Assembly (NCBI RefSeq): GCF_006345805.1
Contig: NC_043000.1
Coordinates: 78,740,001-78,804,000, forward strand
Direction: 5' to 3'
Length of the DNA: 64,000 nucleotides
Origin: Octopus sinensis
Taxonomy: Eukaryota
Both the position numbers and the translations under genes were made by a program. This document shows, piece by piece, positions 13,120-26,744 of this stretch. The notes beneath the pieces are model-generated. The model was not told the origin of the DNA. It saw only the letters and a program-made list of their open reading frames with translations, and searched no databases. Position 1 is the first letter of the stretch; each line of letters opens with the position of its first letter.

Positions 13120-13450
13120 TCGAATTAGTCTTAGAATTAGCTTTGTCCTTTCTGGTTTTCAGAAGCCTAATTTCTCAAGATTGGTATTTAGGCAGTGTTA
13201 CATATCCCAGAGCCCCAATAATTACAGGTATAAACCTGAACTTGTAATCTGGATAGAATAACTTCAGATTTCTCAATAGTTCGTTTTCACTGATCTTCAG
13301 CTTTATGTTAACATCCGCTGGGCAGCTAATTTCCACAACCGTGCACAGTTACTCTTCTCTGTCCCAAAACATCATATCAGATCTGTTGTACTTACATCGT
13401 ATTGAGGTTTCACTAGTACATTCCACCAGTATCCCTTTTTATTATGAGTG
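13120..13450 (-). mobile_element. RLE-type LINE (R2/R4/NeSL group) C-terminal remnant
   Basis: Minus-strand reading WWNV...KYNRSDMMFWDREE.LCTVVEISCPADVNI...FRFIPVIIGALGYV fits the restriction-like endonuclease pattern. Confidence 0.6.
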
Positions 13451-13593
13451 GCTATAGCCACTCATAAGCAACTATAGCCAGTATGCATGTATGTATGTAT
13501 GTATGTATGTATGTATGTATGTATGTATGTATGTATGTATGTATGTATGTATGTATGCATGTATGTATGTACATACGCACATATACACACGCC

Positions 13594-13657
<64 letters not shown>

Positions 13658-13891
13658 AATGTAGGGCATTGCCCAAGGACTTATGACAGACAAACGGTAG
13701 AAAGGAACTTCGCTGTGGCTAGCTTGTGAGCTGGTCTGCAGTGAAGTTGACTTCCTGTTAGGCGGGGCTTCTCTGAAGCACGAGTTTACCGACGACTCTC
13801 ACTCTCATGTGTTTTAATAAATCTAACTAAATAAATCTTATTTAAATTATTTACAGTTGACAGATATTTGTCCTCATCTTGTTTGTTGTTA

Positions 13892-13935
13892 ACACAGCGT
13901 TTCGGTTGATATACCCTCCAGCCTTCATCAGGTGT
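13892..13935 (-). ncRNA. Minimal HHR variant (dimer type)
   Basis: ACAC CUGAUGA A GGCUG-gaggguauau-CAACC GAA ACGC U GUGU. Confidence 0.65.
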
Positions 13936-13988
13936 CTTGGGGGAATTTCGAACCTGGGTTTTCATTCTTAAAGTATTTTTCGATGTTA

Positions 13989-14046
<58 letters not shown>

Positions 14047-14112
14047 TAGGTCACTGCTTGGAATCGAACTCAGAAACCTGGGTTTTCATTCTTAAAGTAT
14101 TTTTCGATGTTA

Positions 14113-14183
<71 letters not shown>

Positions 14184-14266
14184 TCACTGCTTGGAATCGA
14201 ACTCAGAAACTTGGGCTTTGTAGCCCGCGCTGTTAATCACTATCCCAGGTTCGAAATTTCCCCAAT

Positions 14267-14310
14267 ACACCTGATGAAGGCTGCAATGTATATCAGCCGA
14301 AAAGTTGTGT
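14267..14310 (+). ncRNA. Minimal HHR variant (dimer type)
   Basis: ACAC CUGAUGA A GGCUG-caauguauau-CAGCC GAA AAGU U GUGU; the two-copy consensus stem III is ACGU. Confidence 0.65.
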
Positions 14311-16628
14311 TAACAACAAACAAGATGAGGACAAATATCCGTCATATGTAAATGATTTAAATATTGTACATAATTCCTCATCTCTTAAATATAGAACTGT
14401 ATTAAATAAATCTTTCACCCACACAATCTGGTTCTCCGTTGATTTTTTTTGTGTAAAGCTTAACTAAATCTATAAATGTAAGATCCAATGATTGATGTGA
14501 TGAAGAAAGTGAGCTTGAAGCAATCCGTAGAAAATGTAGAAAAAAATTTCAGGAACACACATACACTCACACATATATATTCCTGGTATGTACTGTCCTC
14601 CATGTCAGCTAACTTTTTCTCAACGAAAACTTTAATCATTAGGCTTTCCATTGCCAATCACTGATCGCCAATATTTTCAGTTGTTCCTGAAGATAAAGAC
14701 ACATTGAAAAATCGTCAAATTTAGTCCGACGATGCTCTATATGTACACACACACACACAAACGTATGCATATACGATGTCTTAATAACATAAGGGGAAAA
14801 TGGCTGACTTCAGTAGGGATAATGGAAACTAAAATTACTTAGGCATTAGATTACTGTCGAAGAACTAAACGATGGAAGAGTCTAGGAAAAACAGAGAGTA
14901 GATAACTGATATCCTTACCAAATGGCATTAAAATGTGTGGCTGAATGACATGCTAAATTGTGTGTGGGACATGAATGCATGGATGTGCACGATCGCCAAC
15001 TTTTGTAGGCATGGCAAATGAAAAGAGAGACGAAGACACAAGAGAATATACAAAATGACCTTCATCTTGTTCAAGGTTTACAACAGGCCAATACTGTTAC
15101 GTTTAACACCCTAACTGCATCTTCAGATATTCACAATACATAGCTATTGTAAACAGTAAATAGTGATTATGTAGAGATATCAGAAACAAACTATGTCGAA
15201 TATATAGAAGTATATCAATATTATATTAATGATAAGATATACAAAAGACCATCACTAATGTAAAGGAAGACAAAGAAGTAAATGATGAACAATTTCGGAG
15301 ATACTGTTCTTCAGCATAGACATCTAATGGATATTGAAGATATGTTAGGTATGTTGAATACATGTTAGGTACTGAGGAAATGTTAGAAAATGTTAGTTAT
15401 GATCCTATGCTCAGTGTGTTCATAGAAAAAAAATGTAATCATTGAGAAAGGAAGGAATTCTAAACTGGCAGCAAATATATTGGAATAATTTGTGAATCTG
15501 TTTCTGGGTAGTCACGAAGTCTAAATAGGATTATAAAAAAAACAAAAAAAAACAATAAATAAAAAAGAGTATCTACAAACTGACTGGGGATAGTATAGAG
15601 ATTGAAACCAGTATATTTGTTACAAATCATGTATGCAGTATAAGAAATGTCTGAGAGTGTTCGGAAAAAATGTTCTCAGGAGTTGTATGAAAACTGGAAG
15701 AGAGTTATTTGCATTTCCCGGTATCAAGAAGTGTATTGTATACTTCAGTAATTAATTATAACCGATTGAGAGATTATGAACACATTAAGTAACACGTGAG
15801 TTTATCATTATTTATTATTGAATGAATTTGTAAAACATAACAAGGGAAAAGATCCACCCATTTTTAAATAGATTACCTTGGGTGGTGGACAGATAAGTTA
15901 TTTTTAAATATGGAATTGTTATAAATAATTCAGTTAAGTTATTTGTAGTTTTTCTGTTCTTCGTTCAACTGATCACGTATATTAAGTATTATAAAAAAGA
16001 GTTCTGAGACATTTGTCAAACTTGTCCTTGTTTCGGAAAACAACTGTCACCAAACACAAAGAAGCTGAAAGAAACTGGTCGTCATGCTGTACCAGTTGTT
16101 ACTAGTGGTAATAGCTCTTTCATGTGTGAACAGCTACGACTGTTAATAAATTATACTGCTCTACTTTGTTCATTTCTGGTAGTTAGTTATTTTGTTAAAT
16201 TTATCAACGGTTGTATTAATAGTTAATACCATTTACTTAAAATAAACAAGACGAAATCTATCTATCTATCTATCTCCCTTTACACCATATATCATAACAC
16301 TGTGATACACGATCCATATTGATCGTTCTTTTTTTCCTCTTCCCCTTTTTTCCCCTTTTTTCTTCTTTTTTCATTTCTCTTTTCTTTTGTTCCTTTTCCT
16401 TTTTTTCTTTTTATTCTTCTTATTTTTTATTTTATTTATTTATTTATTTATTTATTTTTGTTCTTTTCTTCCCTTTTACGATCCCTCTTGATCGAAAACC
16501 TACGCCGCCCCTTTTTTTTCTTTTGTTTTTTGTTTTTTTCATCCCCCAAAAGAAAAGCTCTACCTTGTAACTTGTCCCATCTGTGTGCAGCCCTGTGTGG
16601 CCAATAAAGAAACTTATCTATCTATTCA

Positions 16629-16663
<35 letters not shown>

Positions 16664-16689
16664 CTATATATATATATATATATATATAT

Positions 16690-17723
16690 GCCACCTCCCT
16701 TTCCCGTGAACTTCTCTGCCAATTCATCTCTTTCCTTTCCAACTTTCACCCCTCTCTTCAATTCACCTCCACCATCTCCAACACCTCTGTCAACTTCCTT
16801 GACATCTCTCTCCGCATCGATCACCCCTCCAACTCTCTCACCACCACCGCCTTCTTTAAACCTACGGATTCCCACCTCTATCTCAACTTCTCTTCCTCCC
16901 ACCCCTTCCACACCAAACGAGCCATCCCCTACTCCCAGTTCCTCCGCCTCCGACGTTTGTGCAGCCGCGACCAGGATTTCGAGACCCAATCTCAATATCT
17001 GGCCCGCATGTTCAGACTCCGAGGTTACCCACTCATACTCCTCTCTGATGCCCTCACCCGCGCCCGTCGCATCGACCGCACCACCGCCCTGTCTCCTTCC
17101 CCCCGCCCACCCCACAACCGCACCTCCTTTTCCACACCTCTACCCTACCCCTTCGTCGCAAGATACTACGTGCCTTCCGTCGCCTCCAGCTTGATCCCAC
17201 CACCCGCCCCATTTTCCCTAACCCACCCCTGTCCTCCTTCAAACGAGCCCGCAATCTGCGTGACCTCCTGGTCCACAGCACCCTCTCTCCTTCCCCCTCA
17301 GCCCCACACGGATCATTCCCTTGCTCTAGATCCCGCTGCAACACTTGCCCCTTCATCACCAACACCACCGCTGTCACCGGCTCCAACCAGCATACTGTAC
17401 GCATTAGGCACTCTTTTACGTGCACCTCGTCTGGCCTTATTTACTGCATTAAATGCAACCTATGCGGGATGCTGTACGTAGGACAGACGGGACGCCGGTT
17501 GTCCGACCGATTCACAGAACATTTGAGGGACGTTCGCCTACACTCTTTTTCTCCCGTCGCAAGCCACTTCCGCTCGGCCGGCCATTCCCTAGATGACATC
17601 TCAGTGTTTGGTCTCGCCCCCCACAATGGTCGCCCACTTTCCAGGCTCCACTTAGAGCAACGCTACATCTTCACCCTACAAACTACTACCCCACACGGAC
17701 TTAACACAGCCCCCTCCTCTTGA
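16690..17723 (+). mobile_element. Penelope-like element, 5'-truncated RT thumb plus GIY-YIG endonuclease; frameshifted
   Basis: VNFLDI...FFKPTDSHLYLNFSSSHPFHTKRAIPYSQFLRLRRLCS and YVGQTGRRLSDRFTEH...LEQRYIFTLQTTTPHGLN. Confidence 0.9.
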
Positions 17724-17759
17724 GGTCCTCTTCTTCTTCTTTTTTTTGTTTCCCGGATA

Positions 17760-20720
17760 CACCACCCACACACACACACCTACCTACCTCCCACACGCCT
17801 GTTCACACACACACATACGTAGACACATCTACGTACATACATTCACCTACGTACATACATTCACACATTTAATCACACACACTTATAGACATACATGCAC
17901 ACACTAACATACAAACCAACATGCACATACACACACATACATACATACACACACACATACATACTTACACACACACACACAGACATACATACACACATAC
18001 ATACACACATACATACGCACATACATACACACACACTCACACACACACACCGCACGTACATACTTCACACACACACACATGCACACATACATGTAGGCAC
18101 ACACATACATACATACCCACACATGCACACCCTTACACTGAATGCACACACACATACACCTTTTTGCATCCAGGCAGCCCCCCTCTTTCCTGCTTTCCGG
18201 TTTTGGCTGATGGATCCTCGGTTCCCGCGTAGCGGGTCGTTCGAGGCCCTTTGCGCTCGCGCGCCTTGGCGCGCGCTGGGGGCTTGGTCGGCCCCATGGG
18301 CTTGCGTTGTATTGCTTGTGTGTTGTGTGCGTGAGCGCGCTTCGTGTGTGTGGGCTTGCTTCGGGTGTGCGCGTGCGTATGTATGCACACATACCCACAC
18401 ACTCGCATGCATCCCTACCCACATACATACACGCACACCTACTTACACACACACATACACACACACACATACCCGCACACACACACACATACATACATAC
18501 ACACACATACCTACTTTTAGGCGGCGAGCTGGCAGAAACGTTAGCACGCCGGGCGAAATGCTTAACGATATTTCGTCTGCCGTTACGTTCTGAGTTCAAA
18601 TTCCGCCGAGGTCCACTTTGCCTTTCATCCTTTCGGGGTCGATAAATTAAGTACCAGTTACACACTGGGATCGATGTAATCGGCTTAATCCCTTTGTCTG
18701 TCCTTGTTTGTCCCCTCTGTGTTTAGCCCCTTGTGGGTAGTAAAGCAATATATACCTACTTCAGACATACACACACACAGACATACACCCATACACTTAC
18801 ACTCACACGCATACACACACACACATACACACGCACACGTACACATACACACACACACACCTACATACATACATTACACTTGTACACACACACACTTACA
18901 TTCATACACACACACACCTACACAGCCATACCCTCACTCAGACACACACACCTACCTACACACACACCTACCTACACACACACACAAACACACACAGACA
19001 CACACCCATACATACATACATCTACACACACACGCCTACACACATACATACACACATACATAAACACACACACATACACATACACACACATACGCACACA
19101 CACATATACTTATACACATGCACACACACACACACATACATACATACACCCATACACATACACACACACATACCTACATACTCCTATACGCACATACATA
19201 CACACAGACGTACACACATACACACTCACACAAACATACACACACACATACTTACACACACACTCGCCTGCACGCGCACACACATACATACACACACACA
19301 TACACACACACACACATACATACACACACACCAACATAAACACGCACACGCACACACACACCTACACTCCCACACACATACATACGCACCTACATACACA
19401 CACGCACGCATACACACGCACACACACGCATACACACATACATTACACACGTACACACACACCTACATACACATGCATACACACACACAAACATGCACGG
19501 ACACACCCAGACATACATACATACACCTATACACACACGCCCACACACCTACATACACACACATACATACACACACATACATACACACACATACACGGAC
19601 ACACCCATACATACTTACATACATACACCTATACACACACGCCTACACACCTACATACACACACATGCATACACACACATGTACGCACATATACACACAT
19701 ATACGCACATACATATATACCCATACACATGCACACACACACACATACGCACATGCATGCATGCATGCACACGCGCACACCTACACGCATACATGCATAC
19801 ACACACACGCACGTACACATACATACATACACACATACATACATACACCCATACACATACATGCATCCTACACACACATACATACACACTCACACATACA
19901 TACACACACACACTCACTCACACACCTGTATGTACGCGCACACACATGCACATACACACTCTTCCACACACCCACACGTACATACATACACACTCATACA
20001 CATACACACACACACACACGGACATACATCTATGCACACACATATATACACACATACTCACCTACATTCATCGGACACACTGACACCCAGACATACACAC
20101 AGACACACTCACACATCCACACACATACATACTTACGCTCACACTCGCAGGCGTGCGCACACGCGCGCTTGCGCCGGTTCACGTACGCATACGCGCATGC
20201 ATGCACCTCGCTCGTGGACCCGGCTGGACCTCCCGCTCGTTCCTGGGGCCGTCGCTTGTCCTTGGGTTTTCCCACGCCCGTCTCCGCGGGACCACTCTTC
20301 CATCTTCCCCTCAGCTGGAGTCCTTTTTCCTTATAACCCCCCCTTTTTTGTTACACACACGCGCACACATACATACACCCACTCACACACACACATTGCT
20401 TAATATATACATTACTCTTACACACCCTTCAAATCTACTCGCCATTAATACAACCACGACACTGGACACACACACACACTACTACTCAACACACGCTGGC
20501 ACGTTACATACGCCCCCACCCCTTCCCCTCCCTCCCTTCCTCCTTCCTTCATTTTCTTACTACTGACCACTGTCTGCTGCCTACTACTGTTCGCCCTACC
20601 TCACACGCCTACACACAGACGCATACACTAACATATACATATATTTTTTGTTTTTTATCTCGCCTCACACACACATACACACACGCACACGCACACACTC
20701 ACACATACACACACATCTGT
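17760..20720. repeat. Long degenerate (AC/ACAT)n tract in the PLE 3' region
   Basis: Directly visible; interrupted by a SINE and two GC-rich patches. Confidence 0.9.
18520..18749 (+). mobile_element. tRNA-derived SINE
   Basis: GGCGAGCTGGCAGAAACGTTAGCACGCCGGGCG head and GAGTTCAAATTCC B box; an inverted fragment of the same family lies at about 13048-13115. Confidence 0.8.
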
Positions 20721-20890
20721 TGCGTTACCAACCCTGTCTCCACTCTTTTGGCTTTAAAAACCTACTTTGCTCTTGTTATCGTAAACTTCCGCCTTTCACC
20801 ATGTGTACTTCGTAAACACCAGTCGTTTTTTTTTCTCCATCTCTTGTTGCCCACTTTGGGATCTTTCTTTCCTCTCTCTTCCTTCTTTAT

Positions 20891-20925
20891 GTTTCCGACG
20901 AAGAGCTCCGCTCGAAACGTCATAC
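20891..20925 (+). ncRNA. Minimal HHR variant downstream of the PLE ORF
   Basis: CCGACGA A GAGC-ucc-GCUC GAA ACGU C; stem I weak; same strand as the PLE at 16690. Confidence 0.5.
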
Positions 20926-21015
20926 CTTCCTGCTTCCATATTTCCTGAGCGCCTATTAATAATAATACTGTAATTGTTCCACGTGTTGTTGTTTTTTTGT
21001 TTTCCCGTTTGGATT

Positions 21016-21088
<73 letters not shown>

Positions 21089-21089
21089 A

Positions 21090-22040
21090 TAATTTCGGTG
21101 GTAGGGTCTCTGAATCTTCTTTTGCTGTGGAAAATGGAGTAAAGCAAGGAGACCCTGATGTACCCACTCTCTTTGCAATATACTTTGCTGTTGTGTTGAC
21201 AACAGGGAATGTTTTTAATCTTACCAGACTGAAATTCAAAACAGGTCTGCAATCTCTTGTATCCGCATTTGACTCGGCTTGTGATGATTTTGGCTTGACC
21301 ATCAACTTGAAAAAAAAATACGGTTGTAATGAATCAACCTGCAGGTGGTGCTGTTTGTAACCCCACTAAAAGTTTTGTTAAATGAAAGTTACTTGAGGTT
21401 GGCGATTTGTTCGTCCACCATGGAAGCTCTCTTCAACATGATGGAAATCTAGATACAGAAATATAACTGCGAATTCAAAGGGCAGCAAAAGAATTTGGTG
21501 GCTTGCTGTCACGTGTTTATACCAGCGACATATAAATAAGAATACAAAACTGACTTTTTACAAATTATTTGTCTTATCATCTGAGTTGTATTCCTGTGAA
21601 ACTTGGATTTGTTATGAAATGCCTTTTAAATTACCTTCATCGCATTTTAAAAATTAAATGGAGTTCTTTACTCCAAACATAGATGTCCTTGCATCTGCAG
21701 GCATCACCTCAATTAAAGCTATGATTTTGCGGAACCAATTGAGAAAATGTAGCCATATTGTTCGAAAAGCAGATGAACGCATCCCGAAAAAGCTATTTTA
21801 TGGTGAGATTGCAGAATGGAAACGCTATCGGTGTAAACCCATAAAAAAGGTTTAAGGACGGCATAAGGACTACTATGAAGTTACTGGGAATGGTTCCAGA
21901 AGATATAGAAACCCTTGCTTCGGATCGAAACCCTTGCTTCGGATCGAAACTCTTGCTTCGGATGGCAAACAAAGATGGGGAGAGGAGTGAAAGCATTTGA
22001 AGAAGCCAGGATAACACAAGTAAGACTCAAAAGAGATCTA
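21090..22040 (+). mobile_element. RTE-clade LINE RT/3' remnant
   Basis: FAVENGVKQGD...PTLFAIYF, FDSACDDFGLTINLKK, and AGITSIKAMILRNQLR..HIVR..DERIPKKLFYGEI. Confidence 0.85.
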
Positions 22041-22069
22041 AAGAAGAATGTAAAAATCGAGAAGATGAA

Positions 22070-25030
22070 TGAGAAACAGCATACACAGTACCATGAGAAA
22101 CACAGACACTTATCTCAGCAAAGGAAAGAAAAATACGAATGAAAAGCATCGTGCACAGTGTTGAGAGCAGCAGAGAAACTTATTTCAGCAAAAAGTTGAG
22201 AACATGAATCAACATGACAGGGTTATTTATCATCAAAACCAAAGGGGAAGATATCGAGAAAGAGTTCAAAATATGAATGCTGGTGAAATTGACAATTTAA
22301 GGAAGCATCCGATGTAGCGACAGCGTGTGAGCAGACAGGCCAGTGCTGAACAATTTAACAGAGGAGAAATGAACATTATATGTGAATCCTGTGGTGCAAT
22401 AAAGTTTAGAAATGAAAATAACAGTTGTTGCCACAATGGAAAACTGAACGTGCCTGTATTGCAACCATATCCGGAGACTTAAAATTGTACCTTCACCATT
22501 GGAGTCAAACTAGCAGCACTTCTAGGAAGGGGTCCGTATTGCTTCCGCATTCAGGGCCAAACTAACCACACAATGACAAACCTGCATCCTGCTAATAATC
22601 AACCGCAATATAGCCAGTTATACATCACTGATGCGGATGAAGCTCTGCAGCACAGGATGGATGCACCTCAAAATTCAGAGTGTTCCCCTATTACTATGAG
22701 AAAAATTAGTGATGTTATCCACCAAATTAATCCTTATGCAGAATTGTACAAGAACATGCATGCAGTTAATTAAGGAGAGGAGAGAGCCAGAAGAGACAAT
22801 GTGCCAATACGGAGACTTGAGTTACGTTTCAGGAGAGGATCCGATATTAGACGCTACAATTTCCCTATCAGCAATGAAATAGCAACAATGTTTGCTGGGG
22901 AAAAATTGGTGCCCCTCCTGAAAATAGAGACATTATTGTGCATTCCAGAGATGCTCCTCCTGAAAAAATATCTTACACGTCATGCCACTTCGACCCTATG
23001 AGCTACCTAATTCTGTTTCCCCATGGGAATTTGGATGGCATTTTGAGATGCAACATGTCGCGGAACGCCGAACACGTGTGCGTAAGCGTCTGACAATGCA
23101 AGAATACTACAGCTATTTCAAAACCATGTTGAGGAGGCATAGGTCAAAGTTGAAGGTTGCAATAGCTTAGGAACATTCAGACCCAGTTGCTAGTGGAAAG
23201 GTACAATGGATTGATGGACTAGTTGAACACAGGAGCAGATGAGAATATTGAACCAGGGATGTCAGTGATACTACCTTCCCCATTCACAGGCAGTCCAAAG
23301 AATATGCACCAATATTTTCAGGATTCCATGTCAATTGTTTCAAAGTGTGCTAAACCAGACTTGTTCATCATTTACACTTGCAGCCTGAAGAGCCCTGAGA
23401 TAGTTGATAATCTACAGCAAAATGAAACACCTGAAAATAGGCCAGATTTAGTTGCCCGAGTGTACAAGTCACACCTTGCAGAACTTATGAGGGACATAAA
23501 GGATAGACACATTTTTGTAGTGCCAGTGGCTCATGTCCATGTCATTGAGTTTCAGAAGAGAGGTCTTCCTCACTGTCACATGTTGGTAGTGTTGAAAAAC
23601 GAGGACAAACTCAGAAACAGCGATGACATAGATAGAATCGTGACATCTGAAATTCCTGATGCCAATGATGATCCAGTCTTGCATGATTTAGTGAAAAAAT
23701 GCATGATACATGGTCCTTGCAGAGCAGATAATCCTTCCATGCAAGGGTAGGAAAGATTATCTGTTCCGCCAGGACCATGCATCATGCATTTTTTCTATGT
23801 AGATACACCATAATTAATACCATAATTTCTTATTTGCAAAGGAACAACTGAAACGTGTGCTGTGGTGCTTGAACAGGCATTTCTTTTACACTACTGTTAG
23901 GTGGAAAATCTATCCATAGCTTGTTCAAGTTGCCAGTTCCACTCATGGAGGTCAGCGTTTGCAATATATCAACCTGGATTTGATCATCTTGGATGAAGCT
24001 TCTATGATTCCTTCATTTGTTCTTCATACAATTGATAAAGCCTTGCGAGATATCACTGGCATTGCTACTGCTTTTGGTGGTAGAATTGTGCTTTTTGGGG
24101 AGACTTTAGGCAATTCCTACCCATATTGCTAAGAGGAACTCGTGAGGCAAATATTGAAATTTGTATTAAAAATTCTCCTCTATGGATGAAATTCATCTAA
24201 TACAAATTAAATCAAAATATCAGGACAACAGCAGATCAAAGGAAATTTGCAGCATGGCTCTTGCATCTTGGCAATGGAAAATATACAGCTCCACAAGATC
24301 CTAATCTTGCTTGTTGATGACATAGAAGTGCTTCAGATTTCAAACTTTGACGGCTCTCTGATGGATAACTTCAACAATACATCTGAAGAAGAGAGAAGAA
24401 GCAGAGTAATTCTTTCGCCAAAATCTCAGACTGCTTCCTGATCAATGAAGAAGTTTTAAGACAACTTCCAGGTGATTTCCGTACCTATTATAGCATAGGT
24501 AAAATTTCGACAGATGAGCCTGCTATCTACTTGAATTTCTAAGCTCTTTGACACCAACAGGAATGCCTCCTCAAAAACTGAGATTTAATCCCGGCTAATA
24601 GTAATGCTTCTACGTAACATTTATATCCAGAATGGACTCTATGGACTCCTCAATAGTACAAGACTGCAAATGGTGGCCATGCATCCATATTTAGTGGCGG
24701 CTTCTTTGATTAGCGGCTCATTAATTGGCAGATGTGTCCTCATCCCCAGAATAAAGCTGGCTCCAAGTGACCCTAAATTGCCATTCACCTTGGAGAAAGC
24801 CCAGTTTCCTCTCTGTTTGTCATATACCATTCTATTAACAAGCCATAGGGGCACACATTTGAGAAGGTGGGATTGTTCATACCTCATCTAGTGTTCAGTC
24901 ATAGGCAGTTGTATGTGGCATACTCTAGAGCTCGTAAACTCTCAAATGTTAGGGTTAAGGTGATGGAGACGGACAGACAAGGAAGGAGAAGAGGGCGAAC
25001 TGCTATTAAGAATATTGTTTGCCGAGAGTG
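22070..25030 (+). mobile_element. Helitron RepHel pseudogene (Rep plus PIF1 helicase), internally deleted
   Basis: CCHNGK Zn motif; ILPSPFTGSPKNMHQYFQD, KPDLFI.YTC, VIEFQKRGLPHCH (Rep); IILDEASM, VLFGGDF, QFPLCLSY, QLYVAYSR (PIF1). Confidence 0.9.
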
Positions 25031-25085
25031 AAGTGCTTTTAGAAATTCTGGAGACCCTTGATTGTATTAGATATGTATCATTGGC

Positions 25086-25134
<49 letters not shown>

Positions 25135-25824
25135 ATTAGAAATATTGCGTTTCAAAATCTCTCAGAGAGACTTATACAGTAGCAGCACGATAAAGTGATG
25201 GTCTGTTGCCAACTTAATGTGTCAGTCCCAGGATATGGAAGAATGCTACTGCTATTAAACCCCAGGAAACATCGTTTCCAGTTGGTTATGTGATACAAGC
25301 GTTCTGTGTCCTTAAGTTTTCTATTAGAGGAAATAAGCACCTCCACCTAGCAAACCAGCATCCAGAGACTAGTTTCAGAGTCATTGCTTTTCAACAGTAG
25401 CTTGTTTTGCTAGCTGTCGATGCTTATTCGCCTTTGAAAACATATAGAATTTCAAGTGAAATAAATTCACTGATCTACAAAATTAGAAATATTGCATTTC
25501 TATATCTCTCAAGAAGACTTATACAGTAGCAGCAAGATAAAGTCATGCTTTGTAGCAGTAGCATTCTTCCCTTTCCGTGGACTGCAATATTAAATTGGCA
25601 ACAAACCATCACTTTATCGTGATGAAGGGCAATGAATCTGAAACTAGTATTTGGATGCTGGCTTTGCTGGGTGGAGGTACTTATCTCCCCTGTTTGAAAA
25701 CTTAAGGACACAGAACGATTGTGTCATATAGCCAACTGGAAACGATGTTTCCTGGGGCTAAATAGCAGTAGTATTCTTTCCTTTCCTGATACTATCACAT
25801 TAAGTTGGCAACAAACCATCACTT

Positions 25825-25830
<6 letters not shown>
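25135..25830. repeat. Rearranged direct/inverted duplication with two degenerate HHR motifs (25367-25397 minus; 25620-25649 plus)
   Basis: About 25190-25395 is the inverse of about 25625-25826; consensus CUGWUGA AGAG-caauga-CUCU GAA ACUAGU C. Confidence 0.6.
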
Positions 25831-25896
<66 letters not shown>

Positions 25897-26028
25897 GTGT
25901 GTGTGTGTGTATATGTATGCATATGTGTGTGTGTTTGTATATATATATATATATATACCGGAGTAAACACATAAATGTGAAGCAAGGTTGAAAAAAGAGT
26001 ACTCAAATACCAGGGGTAGAGTAATATG

Positions 26029-26194
26029 CTTTATTTAAAAGCAGCAGAAATTCAACTAAACCTGTTACTCGGAGTTTCACGTTCCCGTTCGTCGGACAGT
26101 TTTGTTAAAATATTTTAACAAAACTGTCCGACGAACGGGAACGTGAAACTCCGAGTAAGAGGTTTTGTTGAATTTCTGCTGCTTTTAAATAAAG
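26029..26194. repeat. Spacer-less palindrome (83-bp arms, 2 mismatches), one HHR per arm
   Basis: Centre AAAAT|ATTTT at 26111/26112. Confidence 0.95.
26062..26099 (-). ncRNA. Type I HHR (CCGACGA core); mirror copy at 26124-26161 on plus
   Basis: CUGU CCGACGA ACG-GGAA-CGU GAA ACUC-C-GAGU A ACAG. Confidence 0.7.
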
Positions 26195-26226
26195 TATATA
26201 TATATATATATATATAAAGATATTCA

Positions 26227-26274
<48 letters not shown>

Positions 26275-26744
26275 TAAATGAATATCTTTCAAAAGAAGAT
26301 ACTATTTATATGTCGCATGTATTATATAGATTTGTACATATATAGATCTAATGTTTTCAGTATTCATATCGGAGTAAACTGGCATGGCTCTATAGATGGG
26401 AGGGGTAGTACCACGAACCTACTGGCATTGGCAATCTTTGCACAAATGGTGGACACTCCCAAGTGTCGCTATGTGTTGTTTATTTTCCCAGCCTATGGGT
26501 ATTGTATGTTAAAAAAGGATAGAATAAATAGTTAAAATTTATTTTAAAATAAAACTGTAGAAATATACGCAATTTTGGTATTTGCTGGCTAAGTATCTCA
26601 TTCTATTATGTATGTAGAGATTTTAACTACTCCTTTCTTCAATGCGTTAGTTTTATAAATACATATATATAGAAAAAGTTTATTATACACTCAACATTCG
26701 TGGAGATTCCACGGGTCTCGCTAGTAAATATAATTATAAGGGTC

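Larger units (their letters stand above)
13840..14402. mobile_element. 563-bp retroposed insertion with 12-bp TSD, carrying a tRNA-like head, (AAT)n tracts and two inverted HHRs
   Basis: TAAATAAATCTT at 13828-13839 and 14403-14414; the site is empty in copies B and C; inverted arms 13863-13958 and 14244-14339. Confidence 0.8.
13661..16256 (+). repeat. Unclassified composite repeat, copy A (copies B 35961-37816, C 54188-56517)
   Basis: All three start GTAGGGCA(T/C)TGC and end ...AAT(C/A)A(C/A)CAA(C/G)ACGA before (CTAT)/(CT)n; colinear interior with a shared RTE-like 3' tail (about 14850-15025). Confidence 0.9.
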
